A DNA stretch of 64,000 nt, taken from Candidatus Sumerlaeia bacterium. Lineage in GTDB: Bacteria; Sumerlaeota; Sumerlaeia; SLMS01; JANRJK01. How positions within the stretch are numbered: position 1 is the stretch's first letter; each line of letters starts with the position of its first letter. Location: positions 32,001 to 96,000 of the forward strand of contig JANRJK010000017.1 of assembly GCA_033764015.1 (NCBI GenBank), read 5' to 3'. This document shows, piece after piece, positions 10,389-22,888 of this stretch. Position numbers and translations under genes: made by a program. The notes under the pieces were generated by a model. The model worked only from the letters and a program-made list of their open reading frames with translations, searched no databases and was not told the DNA's origin.

Positions 10389-12257
10389 ATGGATGAGGAC
10401 CCTAGGCCCCGATCCGCGAGCAACTCGAAGACGGTGGCCCGCATCCTGCGCCAGCAGGCCGCGGAGCCGCCGCCGCGCCGAAGCGGCCGGGCCCAGGCGT
10501 ACCTGCGGGCGTGGGTCGCCGAGCAGTTCCCCCCGGCGCGCCGCGTCGCCGCCCTTGCGATCCCCGTCGGCCTCATCGCGGGGCTGATCGCCTCGGCCTA
10601 CCGCCGGGTCCTGGGCTTCCATTTCGAGCGCGAGGCCCTCGGACCCCTGTCGAGCTTGCTGGCGGGCCTCCTCACCGTCGTCGCCCCGGTGGCGGGCTGC
10701 GTGATCGCCGTGGCGATCCTCGGCAACGTCGAGGGGCGCGAACGCGTCCGCACCGGCATGAACGAGGTGATCCGCGCGCTGACCACCGGGCACTTCAGCG
10801 GACTCAACTGGCGCACGGGCCTCCATGCGGCGCTTTCGCTCTTCACGATCAAGTCCGGCGCCTCCGCCGGCCCCGAGGGCCCCATCGCCGAGCTGGGCGC
10901 CCTGACCGGAATCGGCCTCGCGCGCGGCGCGCGGCTCACCAGCGGCGACGTCAACACCATCGCCGCCTGCGGCACCGCGGCGGGCATCGCGGCGGTGTTC
11001 AACGCTCCGCTCGGCGGCATCCTGTTCGCCATCGAGATCATCCTCGGCAGCTTCACGCTCGCGTCGGCGATTCCCATCGTCCTCGCGGCGGTGACCGGCG
11101 CGGCGGTATCCCGCGCGATCTTCGGGCAGGAGTCGATCTTCTCCCCTCCCGCCCCCGATGTGGTCCATATCGGGCAGTTGCCCCTGTTCCTCCTGCTGGG
11201 CGCGGGGGCGGGACTCGTCGCCTCGGCGTTCCTGCACCTGGTCCGGCTGGCGCGGGCGCGTTTCCCGGCGCGGCTTCGCCACTCCATCGCCGGGGCCGCC
11301 CTCGCGGGAGCGGCGTCCGGCGTGGCGGCGCTGCTGCTGCCGCAGGTCGGAGGCGAAGGCTACGAGGCCATCAACGAATTCCTCCGCATGGCGGAGTTCA
11401 CTCCGGTCCTGATCGCCATTGTCGTGGCGAAGGGCGTCTGCACCACGCTGGTGGTCGCGTCCGGCACACCCGGCGGAGCCTTCGCGCCGTCGCTGGTGAT
11501 GGGGGCTGGGCTCGGCGCGCTCGCGGCCACCGCGTTCCCGGGCGCCTTCGGTTCGACCGCCGGCGACGTGTCGATCACGGTGCTCGCCGGCATGGGGGCG
11601 ATGGTGGCCGGGGTGTTCCACGCGCCGCTGACCGCCCTGCTGATCCTCTTCGAGATCACCGGCAGCGACCCGGCGGTGATCGTGCCCGTCCTCGCCAGCA
11701 CGGGCGTCGCCGCGATGCTCGCCAACCAGCTCACCACCGGCAGCTTCTACGAGCAGTCGCTCATCGACTCGGGCTTCGACCGGCGGCGCTACGCGGGCCT
11801 GGCGCACGTCACCTCGCGCCGCGCGGCGGACTTCGCCGACACCGTCGTCGACATCCTCGCGGAGGACGACACGCTCTCGGAGGTCTTCAAGGCCTTCGCC
11901 GAAGGGGAAGGGGACGCGATCCTGGTGATCGACGACGACGGCGCCATCACGGGGCTGGTCACGCTGGCGGAGATCCGCCAGTCGCTCGCGCTCACGGACT
12001 CGCCGACGCTTCTGCTGGCGAAGGAGATCGCCCGCCCGGTCCCCCCCGCGACCACCGCCGCGATCAGCGTCTTCGACGCGCTGCGCCTGATGGAGCACGA
12101 GGAGACCGACCTGCTCCTGGTGGTGCGCACCGCCGCCGCCGCGAAGCTCCGCGGCCTCTCCGAGGACGGCGACTGGCGCCACGCGCCGCTCACCCCCGAC
12201 ATCGTGCTCGGCACCCTGTCCGCAAAGGCGCTCGCGGGGCTCTCGACGAAGCGCTGA
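10389..12257 (+). CDS. ClC family chloride channel / H+:Cl- antiporter with C-terminal CBS domains
   Basis: GASAGPEGP (gating Glu), AAGIAAVFNAPLGG, GGAFAPSL, APLTA..I.FEIT; soluble CBS-like tail. Confidence 0.9.
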   Translation: MDEDPRPRSASNSKTVARILRQQAAEPPPRRSGRAQAYLRAWVAEQFPPARRVAALAIPVGLIAGLIASAYRRVLGFHFEREALGPLSSLLAGLLTVVAPVAGCVIAVAILGNVEGRERVRTGMNEVIRALTTGHFSGLNWRTGLHAALSLFTIKSGASAGPEGPIAELGALTGIGLARGARLTSGDVNTIAACGTAAGIAAVFNAPLGGILFAIEIILGSFTLASAIPIVLAAVTGAAVSRAIFGQESIFSPPAPDVVHIGQLPLFLLLGAGAGLVASAFLHLVRLARARFPARLRHSIAGAALAGAASGVAALLLPQVGGEGYEAINEFLRMAEFTPVLIAIVVAKGVCTTLVVASGTPGGAFAPSLVMGAGLGALAATAFPGAFGSTAGDVSITVLAGMGAMVAGVFHAPLTALLILFEITGSDPAVIVPVLASTGVAAMLANQLTTGSFYEQSLIDSGFDRRRYAGLAHVTSRRAADFADTVVDILAEDDTLSEVFKAFAEGEGDAILVIDDDGAITGLVTLAEIRQSLALTDSPTLLLAKEIARPVPPATTAAISVFDALRLMEHEETDLLLVVRTAAAAKLRGLSEDGDWRHAPLTPDIVLGTLSAKALAGLSTKR

Positions 12258-12262
12258 CCCCG

Positions 12263-13765
<1,503 letters not shown>

Positions 13766-13961
13766 GGCTGAAGGCTCTCGGGTCGCAGGTGCCTGGAAGT
13801 ATGCGACGCCGCCCGGGCCACGGCAAGGTGGTTGCGGCGAACCTCCCGCGGGGGAGCGCCTTCGCGACGGGTCTTTCGCGCCCGACAAACGAAAGACCGG
13901 GAGAGGCGCGAGGCTCTCTCCCGGTCGAGGCAGGGGTTGGTGGTGGCGGGTGTACGGGTGA

Positions 13962-14318
13962 TTACGGGGTGACCGTGGGGTAGGTGTGGAAGAACGGGCC
14001 GACGTTGCGAATCGAGCAACCCGGAGGGGCGTCGACGGGGTTGATGATATAGGTACCGCCACCGGGGCAGATCGGCCAGCGGCGGACGTACAAGGTCTCG
14101 CCCGCAAGGTCGGTCGAGCCCGGCGCGGCGGTCGGGCCTTGGCGGAGCTCAAGGGCCCACTGCTGCTTTGCGCCGTCGATCTTCACCATGTTCTCCTGAC
14201 AGGCCTGCTGCTGGGAGATGAGGCGGGCGCGAAGGAAGCCCGGGACCGCGATCGCGATCAGGATGCCGATGATCGCCACGACGATCATGATTTCTACGAG
14301 GGTGAAGGCCTTCTTCAT
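13962..14318 (-). CDS. Type IV pilin / prepilin-type N-methylation protein
   Basis: MKKA/FTLVEIMIVVAIIGILIAIAVP class III signal; C-terminal Cys pair (CPGGGTY...C); GGAG RBS. Confidence 0.92.
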   Translation of the reverse strand: MKKAFTLVEIMIVVAIIGILIAIAVPGFLRARLISQQQACQENMVKIDGAKQQWALELRQGPTAAPGSTDLAGETLYVRRWPICPGGGTYIINPVDAPPGCSIRNVGPFFHTYPTVTP

Positions 14319-14372
14319 CTGGGGATTCTCCTGAGGGGGTTTTGCGGGTTACCACCTGCGCCGCACTCGGGG

Positions 14373-14401
14373 TTTTTACTTAGCGACCCGCCCCATGTCA
14401 A
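14373..14401 (-). promoter_or_regulatory. Candidate sigma70 promoter for the pilin gene
   Basis: Minus strand TTGACA-17 bp-TAAAAA about 55 bp upstream of the pilin ATG; the -10 lacks the final T. Confidence 0.5.
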
Positions 14402-14672
14402 CCCCCCTCACGGGCGGTTTTCTCAGCAATTGCTGAAATCAAACAGGTTAGAACCCAAAGAAAACTGCGGCACACCCTTACTTTTGGCGATTGTTCTCTC
14501 AGGGATACCCCTGATAGGCAGCCAAAGGAGCGGTGCCAAAGCAAGCCGGGAAGCGCCGCGGTAGCCTGCGTTGGGGCTGCCAAAACTCCGCTTGCTTCGT
14601 AGCGGATAGAGCGGACAACGATGCTCCGCACAGGGCGGCTTGTCCGTCCGCATCCCACCCACCGCGAATGCC

Positions 14673-16103
14673 ATGGACCTCGATGTTGTCCTGCTCTCAC
14701 GCATCCAGTTCGCGCTGACGATCGCGTTCCACTACCTTTACCCCCCGCTCAGCATCGGACTCGGTGTCCTCCTCGTCGTCATGGAGGGCATGTACCTGAA
14801 GACAGGGAATCCCCTGTACCACAAGATGACCAAGTTCTGGGTGAAGATCTTCGGCCTCACGTTCGGGCTCGGGGTCGCCTCCGGAATCGTGATGGAGTTC
14901 GAGTTCGGTACCAACTGGGCCACCTACTCGCGCTTCGTGGGCGACGTGTTCGGCTCGGCGCTCGCCGCCGAGGGCATCTTCGCCTTCTTCCTCGAGTCCG
15001 GCTTCCTGGCCGTGCTCCTCTTCGGCTGGGACAAGGTCTCGAAGAAGATGCACTTCTTCTCCACCCTGATGGTGAGCCTCGGCTCGATGTTCTCCGCCGT
15101 CTGGATCGTGGTGGCGAACAGCTGGCAGCAGACGCCGACGGGCTTCCACATCGTGGGCGAGGGCCTCGACGCCCGCGCCGAGATCACCGATTTCTGGGCG
15201 ATGGTCTTCAACCCATCCAGCATGGCGCGGCTCAGCCACGTGCTGCTCGGCGCCTACATCCAGGGCGCGTTCCTCGTGCTCAGCATCGCCGCCTGGTACC
15301 TGCTCAAGAACCGCCACCACGAGTTCGCCAAGAAGAGCTTCGTGATCGCGCTGGCGCTGGCGGCGGTGGCGTCCACCGCGCAGCCCCTCGTCGGGCACTG
15401 GAGCGCGATGATCGTCGCCGAGCACCAGCCCGCCAAGCTGGCCGCCTTCGAGGGCGTCTACAAGACCGAGGAATCGACGCCGCTCTACCTCTTCGGCATC
15501 CCGAACAACGAGACGGAAACCGTGGCCGGCATCGCGGTGCCGGGGATGCTGAGCTTCCTGGTGCACGGGGACTTCACCACGCCGGTGACGGGCCTCGACC
15601 AGTTCGCCCCGGAGGACCGCCCGCCGGTGCACCTGCCCTTCCAGACCTACCACATCATGATCGCGCTCGGGATGTTCTTCATCGGCATCACCTGGCTCGC
15701 GTTCTTCATGCTGTGGCGCGGCAAGCTGTTCGAGACGCGCTGGCTGCTTTGGGTGTTCGTCTTCTCCGTGGTCGCTCCGTTCGTCGCAAACCAGGCGGGG
15801 TGGTTCGCCGCCGAGGTGGGCCGCCAGCCATGGATCGTCTACGGGCTCCTGCGCACCAGCGACGGCGTATCGAAGGCGGTGCAGGCCAACGCGGTGCTGA
15901 CGTCGCTGATCATGTTCACGCTGATCTACGCGCTGCTCTTCGCGATGTTCCTGTATCTGCTCGACCGCAAGATCAAGGCGGGGCCGGACGTCGAGGAGTA
16001 CAGCGTCGCGCCGGAGGAGTCGAACCTCGCGGAGGCGGTCACCGCCCGCAAGCACGGCGGCGGCGCGATGCTCGATGTCGGCGACCAAGGCAAGGAGGTG
16101 TAA
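14673..16103 (+). CDS. cydA: Cytochrome bd ubiquinol oxidase subunit I
   Basis: [47 protein letters not shown]. Confidence 0.97.
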   Translation: MDLDVVLLSRIQFALTIAFHYLYPPLSIGLGVLLVVMEGMYLKTGNPLYHKMTKFWVKIFGLTFGLGVASGIVMEFEFGTNWATYSRFVGDVFGSALAAEGIFAFFLESGFLAVLLFGWDKVSKKMHFFSTLMVSLGSMFSAVWIVVANSWQQTPTGFHIVGEGLDARAEITDFWAMVFNPSSMARLSHVLLGAYIQGAFLVLSIAAWYLLKNRHHEFAKKSFVIALALAAVASTAQPLVGHWSAMIVAEHQPAKLAAFEGVYKTEESTPLYLFGIPNNETETVAGIAVPGMLSFLVHGDFTTPVTGLDQFAPEDRPPVHLPFQTYHIMIALGMFFIGITWLAFFMLWRGKLFETRWLLWVFVFSVVAPFVANQAGWFAAEVGRQPWIVYGLLRTSDGVSKAVQANAVLTSLIMFTLIYALLFAMFLYLLDRKIKAGPDVEEYSVAPEESNLAEAVTARKHGGGAMLDVGDQGKEV

Positions 16104-16109
16104 CCGCAC

Positions 16110-17126
16110 ATGGACCTCAACATCATCTGGTTCCTTCTCGTCGGTGTTCTCCTGGTCGGCTACGCGATCCTCGACGGTTTCGACCTAGGTGTGGGCGCGC
16201 TGCACCTGTTCTCGAAGGGCGACCTCGAGCGGCGCACGATGCTCAACGCGATCGGCCCCGTGTGGGACGGCAACGAGGTGTGGCTGGTGACCGGCGGCGG
16301 CGCGCTGTTCGCCGCGTTCCCGCACGCGTACGCCACCGCGTTCAGCGGCTTCTACCTAGCCTTCATGATCCTGCTCTGCTGCCTGATCTTCCGGGCGGTC
16401 GCCATCGAGTTCCGCTCGAAGGAGCCGATGGCCTGGTGGCGCAAGACCTGGGACGCCGCTTTCTCGGTCTCCAGCATCGTCGCCTCGATCCTCTTCGGCG
16501 TCGCGGTCGGCAACCTCGTCATGGGCATGCCGATCGGGGCCGACAAGGAGTACGCGGGCGGCTTCTTCGACCTGCTGCGGCCCTACGCGCTGCTGGTCGG
16601 CGTGTTCAACCTCTCGATGTTCGCCATGCACGGTGCGATCTATGTGTACCTCAAGACCGAGGGCCCGCTGCAGGAGAAGTCGAAGAAGTGGATCATCCAC
16701 ACCGTGGCCCTGTTCGTGGTGATGTACGTGCTGACGACGATCGCGACGCTCGTGTCGCAGCCCGCGATGCTCGAAAACTTCCAGCGCTACCCATGGGCGT
16801 GGGGCATCGTGGTGGTGAACGTGCTGGCAATCGCGAACATCCCGCGCTCGGTGTACTACAACCAGCCCGGGCGCGCGTTCCTCTCATCCTGCGTGACGGT
16901 GACGATGCTCATCGCGCTGCTCGGCGTCGGCATCTTCCCGAACCTGATCCCCTCGACGCTCAACCCGGAGTGGAACCTCGACATCTACAACGCGGCGTCC
17001 TCGCAGAAGACGCTGAAGATCATGCTGATCATCGCCGTCATGGGCGTGCCCGTGGTGCTGGCGTACACGGCGTCGATCTACTGGATCTTCCGCGGCAAGG
17101 TGAAGCTCTCGCAATTCAGCTACTGA
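16110..17126 (+). CDS. cydB: Cytochrome bd ubiquinol oxidase subunit II
   Basis: LDGFDLGVG, IGPVWDGNEVWL, AAFP, YWIFRGKV. Confidence 0.97.
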   Translation: MDLNIIWFLLVGVLLVGYAILDGFDLGVGALHLFSKGDLERRTMLNAIGPVWDGNEVWLVTGGGALFAAFPHAYATAFSGFYLAFMILLCCLIFRAVAIEFRSKEPMAWWRKTWDAAFSVSSIVASILFGVAVGNLVMGMPIGADKEYAGGFFDLLRPYALLVGVFNLSMFAMHGAIYVYLKTEGPLQEKSKKWIIHTVALFVVMYVLTTIATLVSQPAMLENFQRYPWAWGIVVVNVLAIANIPRSVYYNQPGRAFLSSCVTVTMLIALLGVGIFPNLIPSTLNPEWNLDIYNAASSQKTLKIMLIIAVMGVPVVLAYTASIYWIFRGKVKLSQFSY

Positions 17127-17153
17127 CCGCGGGCCCTGCCTGGAGAAGCCTCG

Positions 17154-17202
17154 GCCGGACGCACCCCGGAGCCCCCAAGGCTCCGGGGCGCTTGCGTTCG
17201 GC
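17154..17202 (+). terminator. GC-rich stem-loop after cydB
   Basis: ccccggagcc-cccaa-ggctccgggg core with outer gccggacgca/tgcgttcggc arms; no clear U-tract. Confidence 0.45.
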
Positions 17203-17358
17203 CCGGCCGCGACGCGGAGCGGGGCAAGTCCGCCGCCGCCCCTCCGCGGGGAGCTGGCGAAGTGGCGGCGCGGGGAGTCGTCGCGCGGGCCGGCGGTTTG
17301 CCGGGCGCCTGATGAAGCGCGTTCGGCAATTTTTTATAGACCTGCTGCGAGTTTGAAA

Positions 17359-17530
17359 ATCCGAAATAAAAATATGTCGGCCTGTGCCGTCGTTGGCGCA
17401 ATGCGCGTCGCGCCGCCAGCGCTCTGGTGCATGCTGCTATCCAATTAAAATCAGCTGTTTATCGCGTCGTGCGGCCCCGGGCTTTTTACTTCGGATAGTC
17501 TGGTTTGTGGATTTTATCCAAAAGTAAAAT
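17359..17530. promoter_or_regulatory. Repeated ATCC-N4-6-TAAAA operator-like motifs upstream of the glycoside hydrolase
   Basis: Four copies at 17359, 17439, 17483-17496 (reverse) and 17516 in an AT-rich patch. Confidence 0.5.
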
Positions 17531-17616
17531 CAAAAATTGGTTGCCGTCGCCGCGGAAATCGGGTTCTTTAGTTGGTCATCAATGTAGAACCCGCAAGACG
17601 CGAAAGGATTCCACCG

Positions 17617-20600
17617 ATGAACAATCGGTCCGCCCGTCGTCCCGCCGAACTGGCCGCCTTCCTGGCCGCCGCGGCGTTCGCCGCAACCGTCTCCACCGCT
17701 CCCGCGCAAGGCACCGCGCCCCGCACCGGCTGGCTCTGGCACATGCACCAGCCCATCTACTGGAACGACCAGTCGCGCGTCGCCGGAACCGGCGACCGCT
17801 ACGAGTACGTCTGGGAGTCGATCCAGTACAAGGACGCGAACGCCGGCGCCCACCCCTACGACAACATCCGCGACATCTTCGGCATCGACGACCGCCGCGC
17901 CGCCTACCAGTACCGCCCGAAGGACGCCGTCTCCTCCATCGCCCACCTCCCGAAGGCGGGCGTGCAGCTCACCTACTCCGGCGCGCTGATGGAGAACGTG
18001 AACAGCCTCGGCCAGGCGTACCAGCTCGGCTACTCGCCGTCCTGGAACCAGTTCATGCGCGACGGCTTCAGCTGGAAGACGCAGGGCGGCAAGCCGCGCA
18101 TCGACACCGTGAACTTCTCGTTCCACCACGCGCTGCTGGCGCTCCACAACCCCGAGACGGTGTACATGGAGCTGCGCCTCCACCAGGAGAAGGTGAAGGA
18201 GGTCGTCGGCGCGGACGCGGTCTCCCGCGGCCTCTTCCCGACGGAGCTCTGCTTCTCCACGCGCCTGATCCCGACGCTCAAGCAGCTCGGAATCGAGTGG
18301 ACCGTTGTCTCGAGCGAGCACATCGCGCGCGCCTGCCCCGACTTCCCGGTCCAGTTCGGCAGCGGCGGCGTGAACTGCGCCCCCCCGAACAAGGCGGACC
18401 AGATCAACCCGAACGGCGTGGACTTCCGCCGCCTGTCGATCTCGCGCGGCTGCGGACCGGTCGCCGCCAATCCGCTCAGCTACCAGGTGAACACCGCCAA
18501 GTACGTCGACCCCGACACCGGCGCCGAATCGAAGATCCTCGTCGTCCCCGCCGACCAGGCGCTGAGCTGGGTCGACGGCTACCAGTGCATCGGCAACGAC
18601 TTCCTGGCCGACATCAAGGCGAAGAACGATCCCGCGAACCCGTCGTTCCTGCTCTTCGCGCACGACGGCGACAACGCGTTCGGCGGCGGCTACAGCTACT
18701 ACATGGAATGCGTGCCGAACTACGCGAACGCCGCGAACTCGCAAGGCGTCCTGTCGAGCACCGTCGAGGAGTTCCTCAAGGACTTCCCGAACCACCCGCA
18801 GGTGATCCACGTCGAGGACGGCGGCTGGGTGAACGCCGATTCCGACTTCGGCTCGCCGACCTACATCAATTGGAACTACCCGCTGCTCAACGCCGCGGGC
18901 CAGGTCGACCCGGCGAACGGCTGGCACGAGAAGCCCCGCGACATGGCGATCTTCACCGCCGCGCTGAACCGCGTCCTCACCGCCCAGCAGATATCCGGCC
19001 TGCAGCCCAACTTCCAGAAGATCCTGCGCCCGGACTCGAACACCAACGCGCTCGACCGCGCGTGGCACTACTACCTCGGCAGCACCGACTCCGGGAACGT
19101 CTACTACGGATCGGCGCTCGACCTCGAGGTGAAGGCCACCATCGGCTGCAACGAGGCGGTCGAACACGCCGACCTGCTGATCGGCAGCGGCGCCGCCGAC
19201 GCGACGCCCCCCACCATCTGGCTGCCGCAGCGCTTCCCCTACAACCCGGGATCGATGAACTACGGCGTCGAGTTCGGCTACCGGCAGGTGGCGAACAACG
19301 GCGACTTCTGGATCTGGACCTTCATCTCCGACGTCAGCGGACCGGCTACCGCCACGCTCAAGTACCGCATCGACAAGGACGGCGCGAACCCGCTCGCCTC
19401 GAACCAGAACGAGACCTACGCCGGCGGCGCCGAGGTGAACGCCTGGGTCTCCGTCCCGATGAACCGCCGCGCCTTCCCGAAGGGGAACGTGTACAACAAC
19501 CCGCAGGACGACTTCTTCGAGCTGCCGACTTACATCTCCGACCACTACAGCGTCCAGCTCACCGGCATCCGCAGCAAGCTGCTCGACTACTACATCGAAT
19601 CCGTCGACGCGCGCGGCAACATCGCGCGCTCCCCGATCCAGCACGTCTGGGTCGGCGACGGCTCCGCCGCCACGCCAACGCCCACACCGACGCCGACGCC
19701 GGTCAACACGCGGGTCACGCTCTCGCCGAATCCGCCGGTCAAGGGGTCGACCGTCACGATCACCTACGACGCCACCGGGACCACTCTCGCCGGCGCCTCG
19801 ACGGTCAAGATCCACCTCGGCTCGAACAACTGGGCCACCGTGGTCGCCCCCGACCCGGCGATGACCTCGCTCGGATCGAACCGCTGGCGCCACACGTGGA
19901 CCGTCCCCGCCGCGGCCACGCAGATCGACATGGTCTTCAACAACGGCGGCTCCACCTGGGACAACAACGGCGGCGGCGACTGGCACTTCGCCACGACGGG
20001 CACCGGGCCCACGCCGACACCGACCGCCACGCCGACTCCGACTCCGACTCCGACGCCTACACCAACGCCGACTCCCACCGCCACCCCGACTCCGACGCCG
20101 ACGCCCACTCCGACACCTACGCCAACCCCCACGCCGACCCCGACTCCGACCGCGACGCCGAGCCCAACGCCCACGCCGTCGCCAACGCCCACCGCGACGC
20201 CGACGCCGACTCCGGCCCCGACGCCGATCCCCGGGCGGGTCGCGCTCGACATGTCCGCCCCGGTGAAGAGCGAAACCATCAAGATCTGCTACGATAAGCG
20301 TGGCGGTCCCCTCGCCGGCGCCGCGACGATCCAGCTCTACCACGGCATCAACAACTGGGCGACAGTCTACACCCAGAAGACCATGACCTACAACGCGGCC
20401 ACCGGCTTCTACGAGACCACTTGGGCCATTCCGGCGAACGCCAACCAGATCGACCTCGTCTTCAATAACGGCGCCAGCACCTGGGACAACAACACGAACA
20501 AGGACTGGCACTACACCACCAGCCGCGCCGCCACGAAGCCCGCCGTGCCGAACAAGGGCCAGAGCGTGACGGTGTACTACAACCCCGCCGGCGGCCCGAT

Positions 20601-20823
20601 CCCCACCACGACGACCACGGTCAAGATCCACCGCGGGCAAAACGGCTGGCTTAACGTGGTGACCCCCGACGCCTCGCTGACGAAGCAGACCAGCGGCGTT
20701 TGGAAGTTCACCTACACCGTGCCGACGACCGCGAACGTCCTCGACTTCGTGTTCAACAACGGCGGCTCGACCTGGGATAACAACGGCGGGAAGGACTGGC
20801 ACATCACGACGACTTCGCCGTAA
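17617..20823 (+). CDS. Secreted GH57/GH119-like alpha-amylase with Pro-Thr linkers and three starch-binding CBM25-like modules
   Basis: Signal peptide; [23 protein letters not shown] catalytic-region motifs; three modules ending VFNNG.STWDNN...DWH. Confidence 0.8.
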   Translation: MNNRSARRPAELAAFLAAAAFAATVSTAPAQGTAPRTGWLWHMHQPIYWNDQSRVAGTGDRYEYVWESIQYKDANAGAHPYDNIRDIFGIDDRRAAYQYRPKDAVSSIAHLPKAGVQLTYSGALMENVNSLGQAYQLGYSPSWNQFMRDGFSWKTQGGKPRIDTVNFSFHHALLALHNPETVYMELRLHQEKVKEVVGADAVSRGLFPTELCFSTRLIPTLKQLGIEWTVVSSEHIARACPDFPVQFGSGGVNCAPPNKADQINPNGVDFRRLSISRGCGPVAANPLSYQVNTAKYVDPDTGAESKILVVPADQALSWVDGYQCIGNDFLADIKAKNDPANPSFLLFAHDGDNAFGGGYSYYMECVPNYANAANSQGVLSSTVEEFLKDFPNHPQVIHVEDGGWVNADSDFGSPTYINWNYPLLNAAGQVDPANGWHEKPRDMAIFTAALNRVLTAQQISGLQPNFQKILRPDSNTNALDRAWHYYLGSTDSGNVYYGSALDLEVKATIGCNEAVEHADLLIGSGAADATPPTIWLPQRFPYNPGSMNYGVEFGYRQVANNGDFWIWTFISDVSGPATATLKYRIDKDGANPLASNQNETYAGGAEVNAWVSVPMNRRAFPKGNVYNNPQDDFFELPTYISDHYSVQLTGIRSKLLDYYIESVDARGNIARSPIQHVWVGDGSAATPTPTPTPTPVNTRVTLSPNPPVKGSTVTITYDATGTTLAGASTVKIHLGSNNWATVVAPDPAMTSLGSNRWRHTWTVPAAATQIDMVFNNGGSTWDNNGGGDWHFATTGTGPTPTPTATPTPTPTPTPTPTPTPTATPTPTPTPTPTPTPTPTPTPTPTATPSPTPTPSPTPTATPTPTPAPTPIPGRVALDMSAPVKSETIKICYDKRGGPLAGAATIQLYHGINNWATVYTQKTMTYNAATGFYETTWAIPANANQIDLVFNNGASTWDNNTNKDWHYTTSRAATKPAVPNKGQSVTVYYNPAGGPIPTTTTTVKIHRGQNGWLNVVTPDASLTKQTSGVWKFTYTVPTTANVLDFVFNNGGSTWDNNGGKDWHITTTSP
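20005..20230 (+). repeat. Pro-Thr low-complexity linker
   Basis: About 35 PT dipeptides with varied synonymous codons, between CBM modules. Confidence 0.9.
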
Positions 20824-20903
20824 CGAAGCATCTCGGTGCACATCCTCTCGGGCGACGATCGGCCGGGGCCCTAACGGATCCCGGCCGGTTGGCATTTGAT
20901 GGA

Positions 20904-21266
20904 CTAGTGGGGTAGTTCGCTCGCCGCGATGATCGAACACGCCACGATGGCGCGCAGACCCAGCTCCTCCGCCTTCGCTACCGCCTCGTCCGATTCGGTG
21001 CCGGGATTCAGGTATACCTCGCCGACGCCGACCGCGGCGAGATCCTCGAGCACCGCCGGGACGAGCTCTGGCTGCAGGTAGAGCGACGCGGTCCCGACGC
21101 CCGCGGGCAGCTCGCGCGCGGAGCGCAGCACCGGCAGTCCCTCGATCTCCTGCTCGCGTGGGTTGATCGGGTAGACGGTCCATCCGCGGCGCAGGTACGC
21201 GCGCACGGCCTTGTTGCCGAACTTGGCGGGGTTGGCGGACGCGCCGACGATGGCGATGGCGGGCAT
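20904..21266 (-). CDS. CoA-binding domain protein (YccU-like)
   Basis: IAIVGASANPAKFGN, YPINP, YLNPGTES, ACS. Confidence 0.9.
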   Translation of the reverse strand: MPAIAIVGASANPAKFGNKAVRAYLRRGWTVYPINPREQEIEGLPVLRSARELPAGVGTASLYLQPELVPAVLEDLAAVGVGEVYLNPGTESDEAVAKAEELGLRAIVACSIIAASELPH

Positions 21267-21280
21267 GGGGCGGGGCTCCT

Positions 21281-22888
21281 TCAGGCGAGTCGGAGGCGCA
21301 CCGGAATCTCGAGCGTCTCCGCGAGCAGATCCGACTTCATGCGGGCGTGCAGCATTTCGTGTTCCGCATCGCCGTGGGCGGAGACGATCACCTCGAACCC
21401 GCCGTCGCGGAGGTCGCAGTCGACGCGGTCCACGATGCTGTTGTGGGTGCGGTCCAGCCCGTCGCCGATGCGCAGGAGGCCGCCGAGCAGCCCCACCAGC
21501 CGCTGGTCGGCGCGCGCCAAACCCTCGATCTCGATGTCCTTCTTCCGGGGGAGGCGCCCGCGGTGGTAGCGCGCGAGCGCGCCCAGGATCTGCACCTCGC
21601 GCGGGTCGAAGCCGAGCAGGCCCGCGTTGATGATGATGTAGCGCCCGTGCTTGTGGTGGTCCTCCGCGTTGATCACATAGCCGATGTCGTGGAGGTAGGC
21701 GCCGTATTCGAGGAGGCGGCGCTCCGCCGGCCCGAGGCCGTGGAGGGCGCGCGCGTGGTCGAAGAGCATCAGCGCCAGGGAGGCCACCTGCCGGCTGTGC
21801 TTCTCGTGCCAGTTGCAGCGGCCCAGCAGCGCGAGGACGCTCCGGCGCCGCGGGTCCGGCTGCGACGGCGCCGCCTTGATCGTGCGGCGGTGGCGCTCCA
21901 GGTGGTCGATCAGGACCCCCTCGCGCAGTCCCCACACGCAGCCGTGCAGCTCCGCCGCGTCGAACAGCCGCATGATGGTGGTCAGCAGGACCGCGCCGGG
22001 GACGATCGTGTCGACCCGCTGCGCGGAGAGGCCGCTCAGCTTCGCGCGCTCCGGCGCGGCCAAGGCGGCTAGGCGGTCGCGGACCTGCTCGAGGCGCCGG
22101 CGGGGCACCACCGCGTGGTTCAGCTTTCCGCCGCGTCCGACGCCCTCCACTTGCTGCAGCAGCGCCAGCACCGTCCCCGCGGTCCCCACCACGAAGTCGA
22201 AGCCGACCTGCTTCACCTCCTCGACGACGCGGGCGCACTGGGTCGCGATGTGGAGCTGCAGCCGCTCGATCTCCGCACGGGTCGGGGGATCCGAGAGCGG
22301 CGCCTGCTGCGAGAGCCGCAGGACGCCGCACTTCACGCTGTCGACGTAGAACAACTCGTCCTGCGAGCCTACGATGAACTCGACGCTGCCGCCGCCGATG
22401 TCGATGATGAGCGCGCGGCGCTCGTTGAACTGGAGGCTGCGCGCGACGGCGAGATGCACGAGCCGCGCCTCCTCGTGCGCCGTCACGATCGGGATGCGGA
22501 TGCCCGTCTGCTTATGCACGAGGTTGAGGAACTCGGCGCCGTTGGGCGCCTCGCGCACCGCGCTGGTGGCCGCGGCCAAAATGCGGTCCACCTGGTGGCT
22601 GTCGCAGAGCGACTTGGTGCGCACCAGCGCCGCCAGTCCGTCGGCGATCGCGCGCGGCGACATCCCGTGCGACTCGGATATCTCGTGGCCGAGGCGGACC
22701 AGTTCCTTGAAGCGGTCCACCACCTCGAAGCTGCCGTCCGGGTGCACCTCGGCGATGATCGTGTGGATCGAGTTGGTGCCCACATCGACCGATGCGATCT
22801 TGAGCGCCTTGGGCTTCGGTGGCTTCCGGGCGCCCGGGAGGGCGGGTGCGGACCGCGCCGGGGGGCGCGGCGGCTTGGGAGCCGTCAC
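21281..22888 (-). CDS. ppx: Ppx/GppA exopolyphosphatase with HD-like C-terminal region
   Basis: DVGTNSIH, ATSAVREAPN, EEARL, DIGGGSVE, GLREG, LHDIG..HHKH; GTG start overlaps the CHAD stop. Confidence 0.92.
   Translation of the reverse strand: MTAPKPPRPPARSAPALPGARKPPKPKALKIASVDVGTNSIHTIIAEVHPDGSFEVVDRFKELVRLGHEISESHGMSPRAIADGLAALVRTKSLCDSHQVDRILAAATSAVREAPNGAEFLNLVHKQTGIRIPIVTAHEEARLVHLAVARSLQFNERRALIIDIGGGSVEFIVGSQDELFYVDSVKCGVLRLSQQAPLSDPPTRAEIERLQLHIATQCARVVEEVKQVGFDFVVGTAGTVLALLQQVEGVGRGGKLNHAVVPRRRLEQVRDRLAALAAPERAKLSGLSAQRVDTIVPGAVLLTTIMRLFDAAELHGCVWGLREGVLIDHLERHRRTIKAAPSQPDPRRRSVLALLGRCNWHEKHSRQVASLALMLFDHARALHGLGPAERRLLEYGAYLHDIGYVINAEDHHKHGRYIIINAGLLGFDPREVQILGALARYHRGRLPRKKDIEIEGLARADQRLVGLLGGLLRIGDGLDRTHNSIVDRVDCDLRDGGFEVIVSAHGDAEHEMLHARMKSDLLAETLEIPVRLRLA

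Noticed and set aside
14440..14670. Possible riboswitch or sigma54 promoter between the pilin gene and cydA
   Set aside because: The minus-strand TGGCAC near 14533-14538 has no GC at the correct spacing; no recognisable c-di-GMP or other aptamer core
19764..20282. VGVGVG-repeat ORF and the repeat-like DNA under it
   Set aside because: Antisense of the Pro-Thr linker; no constant repeat/unique spacer structure, so not CRISPR
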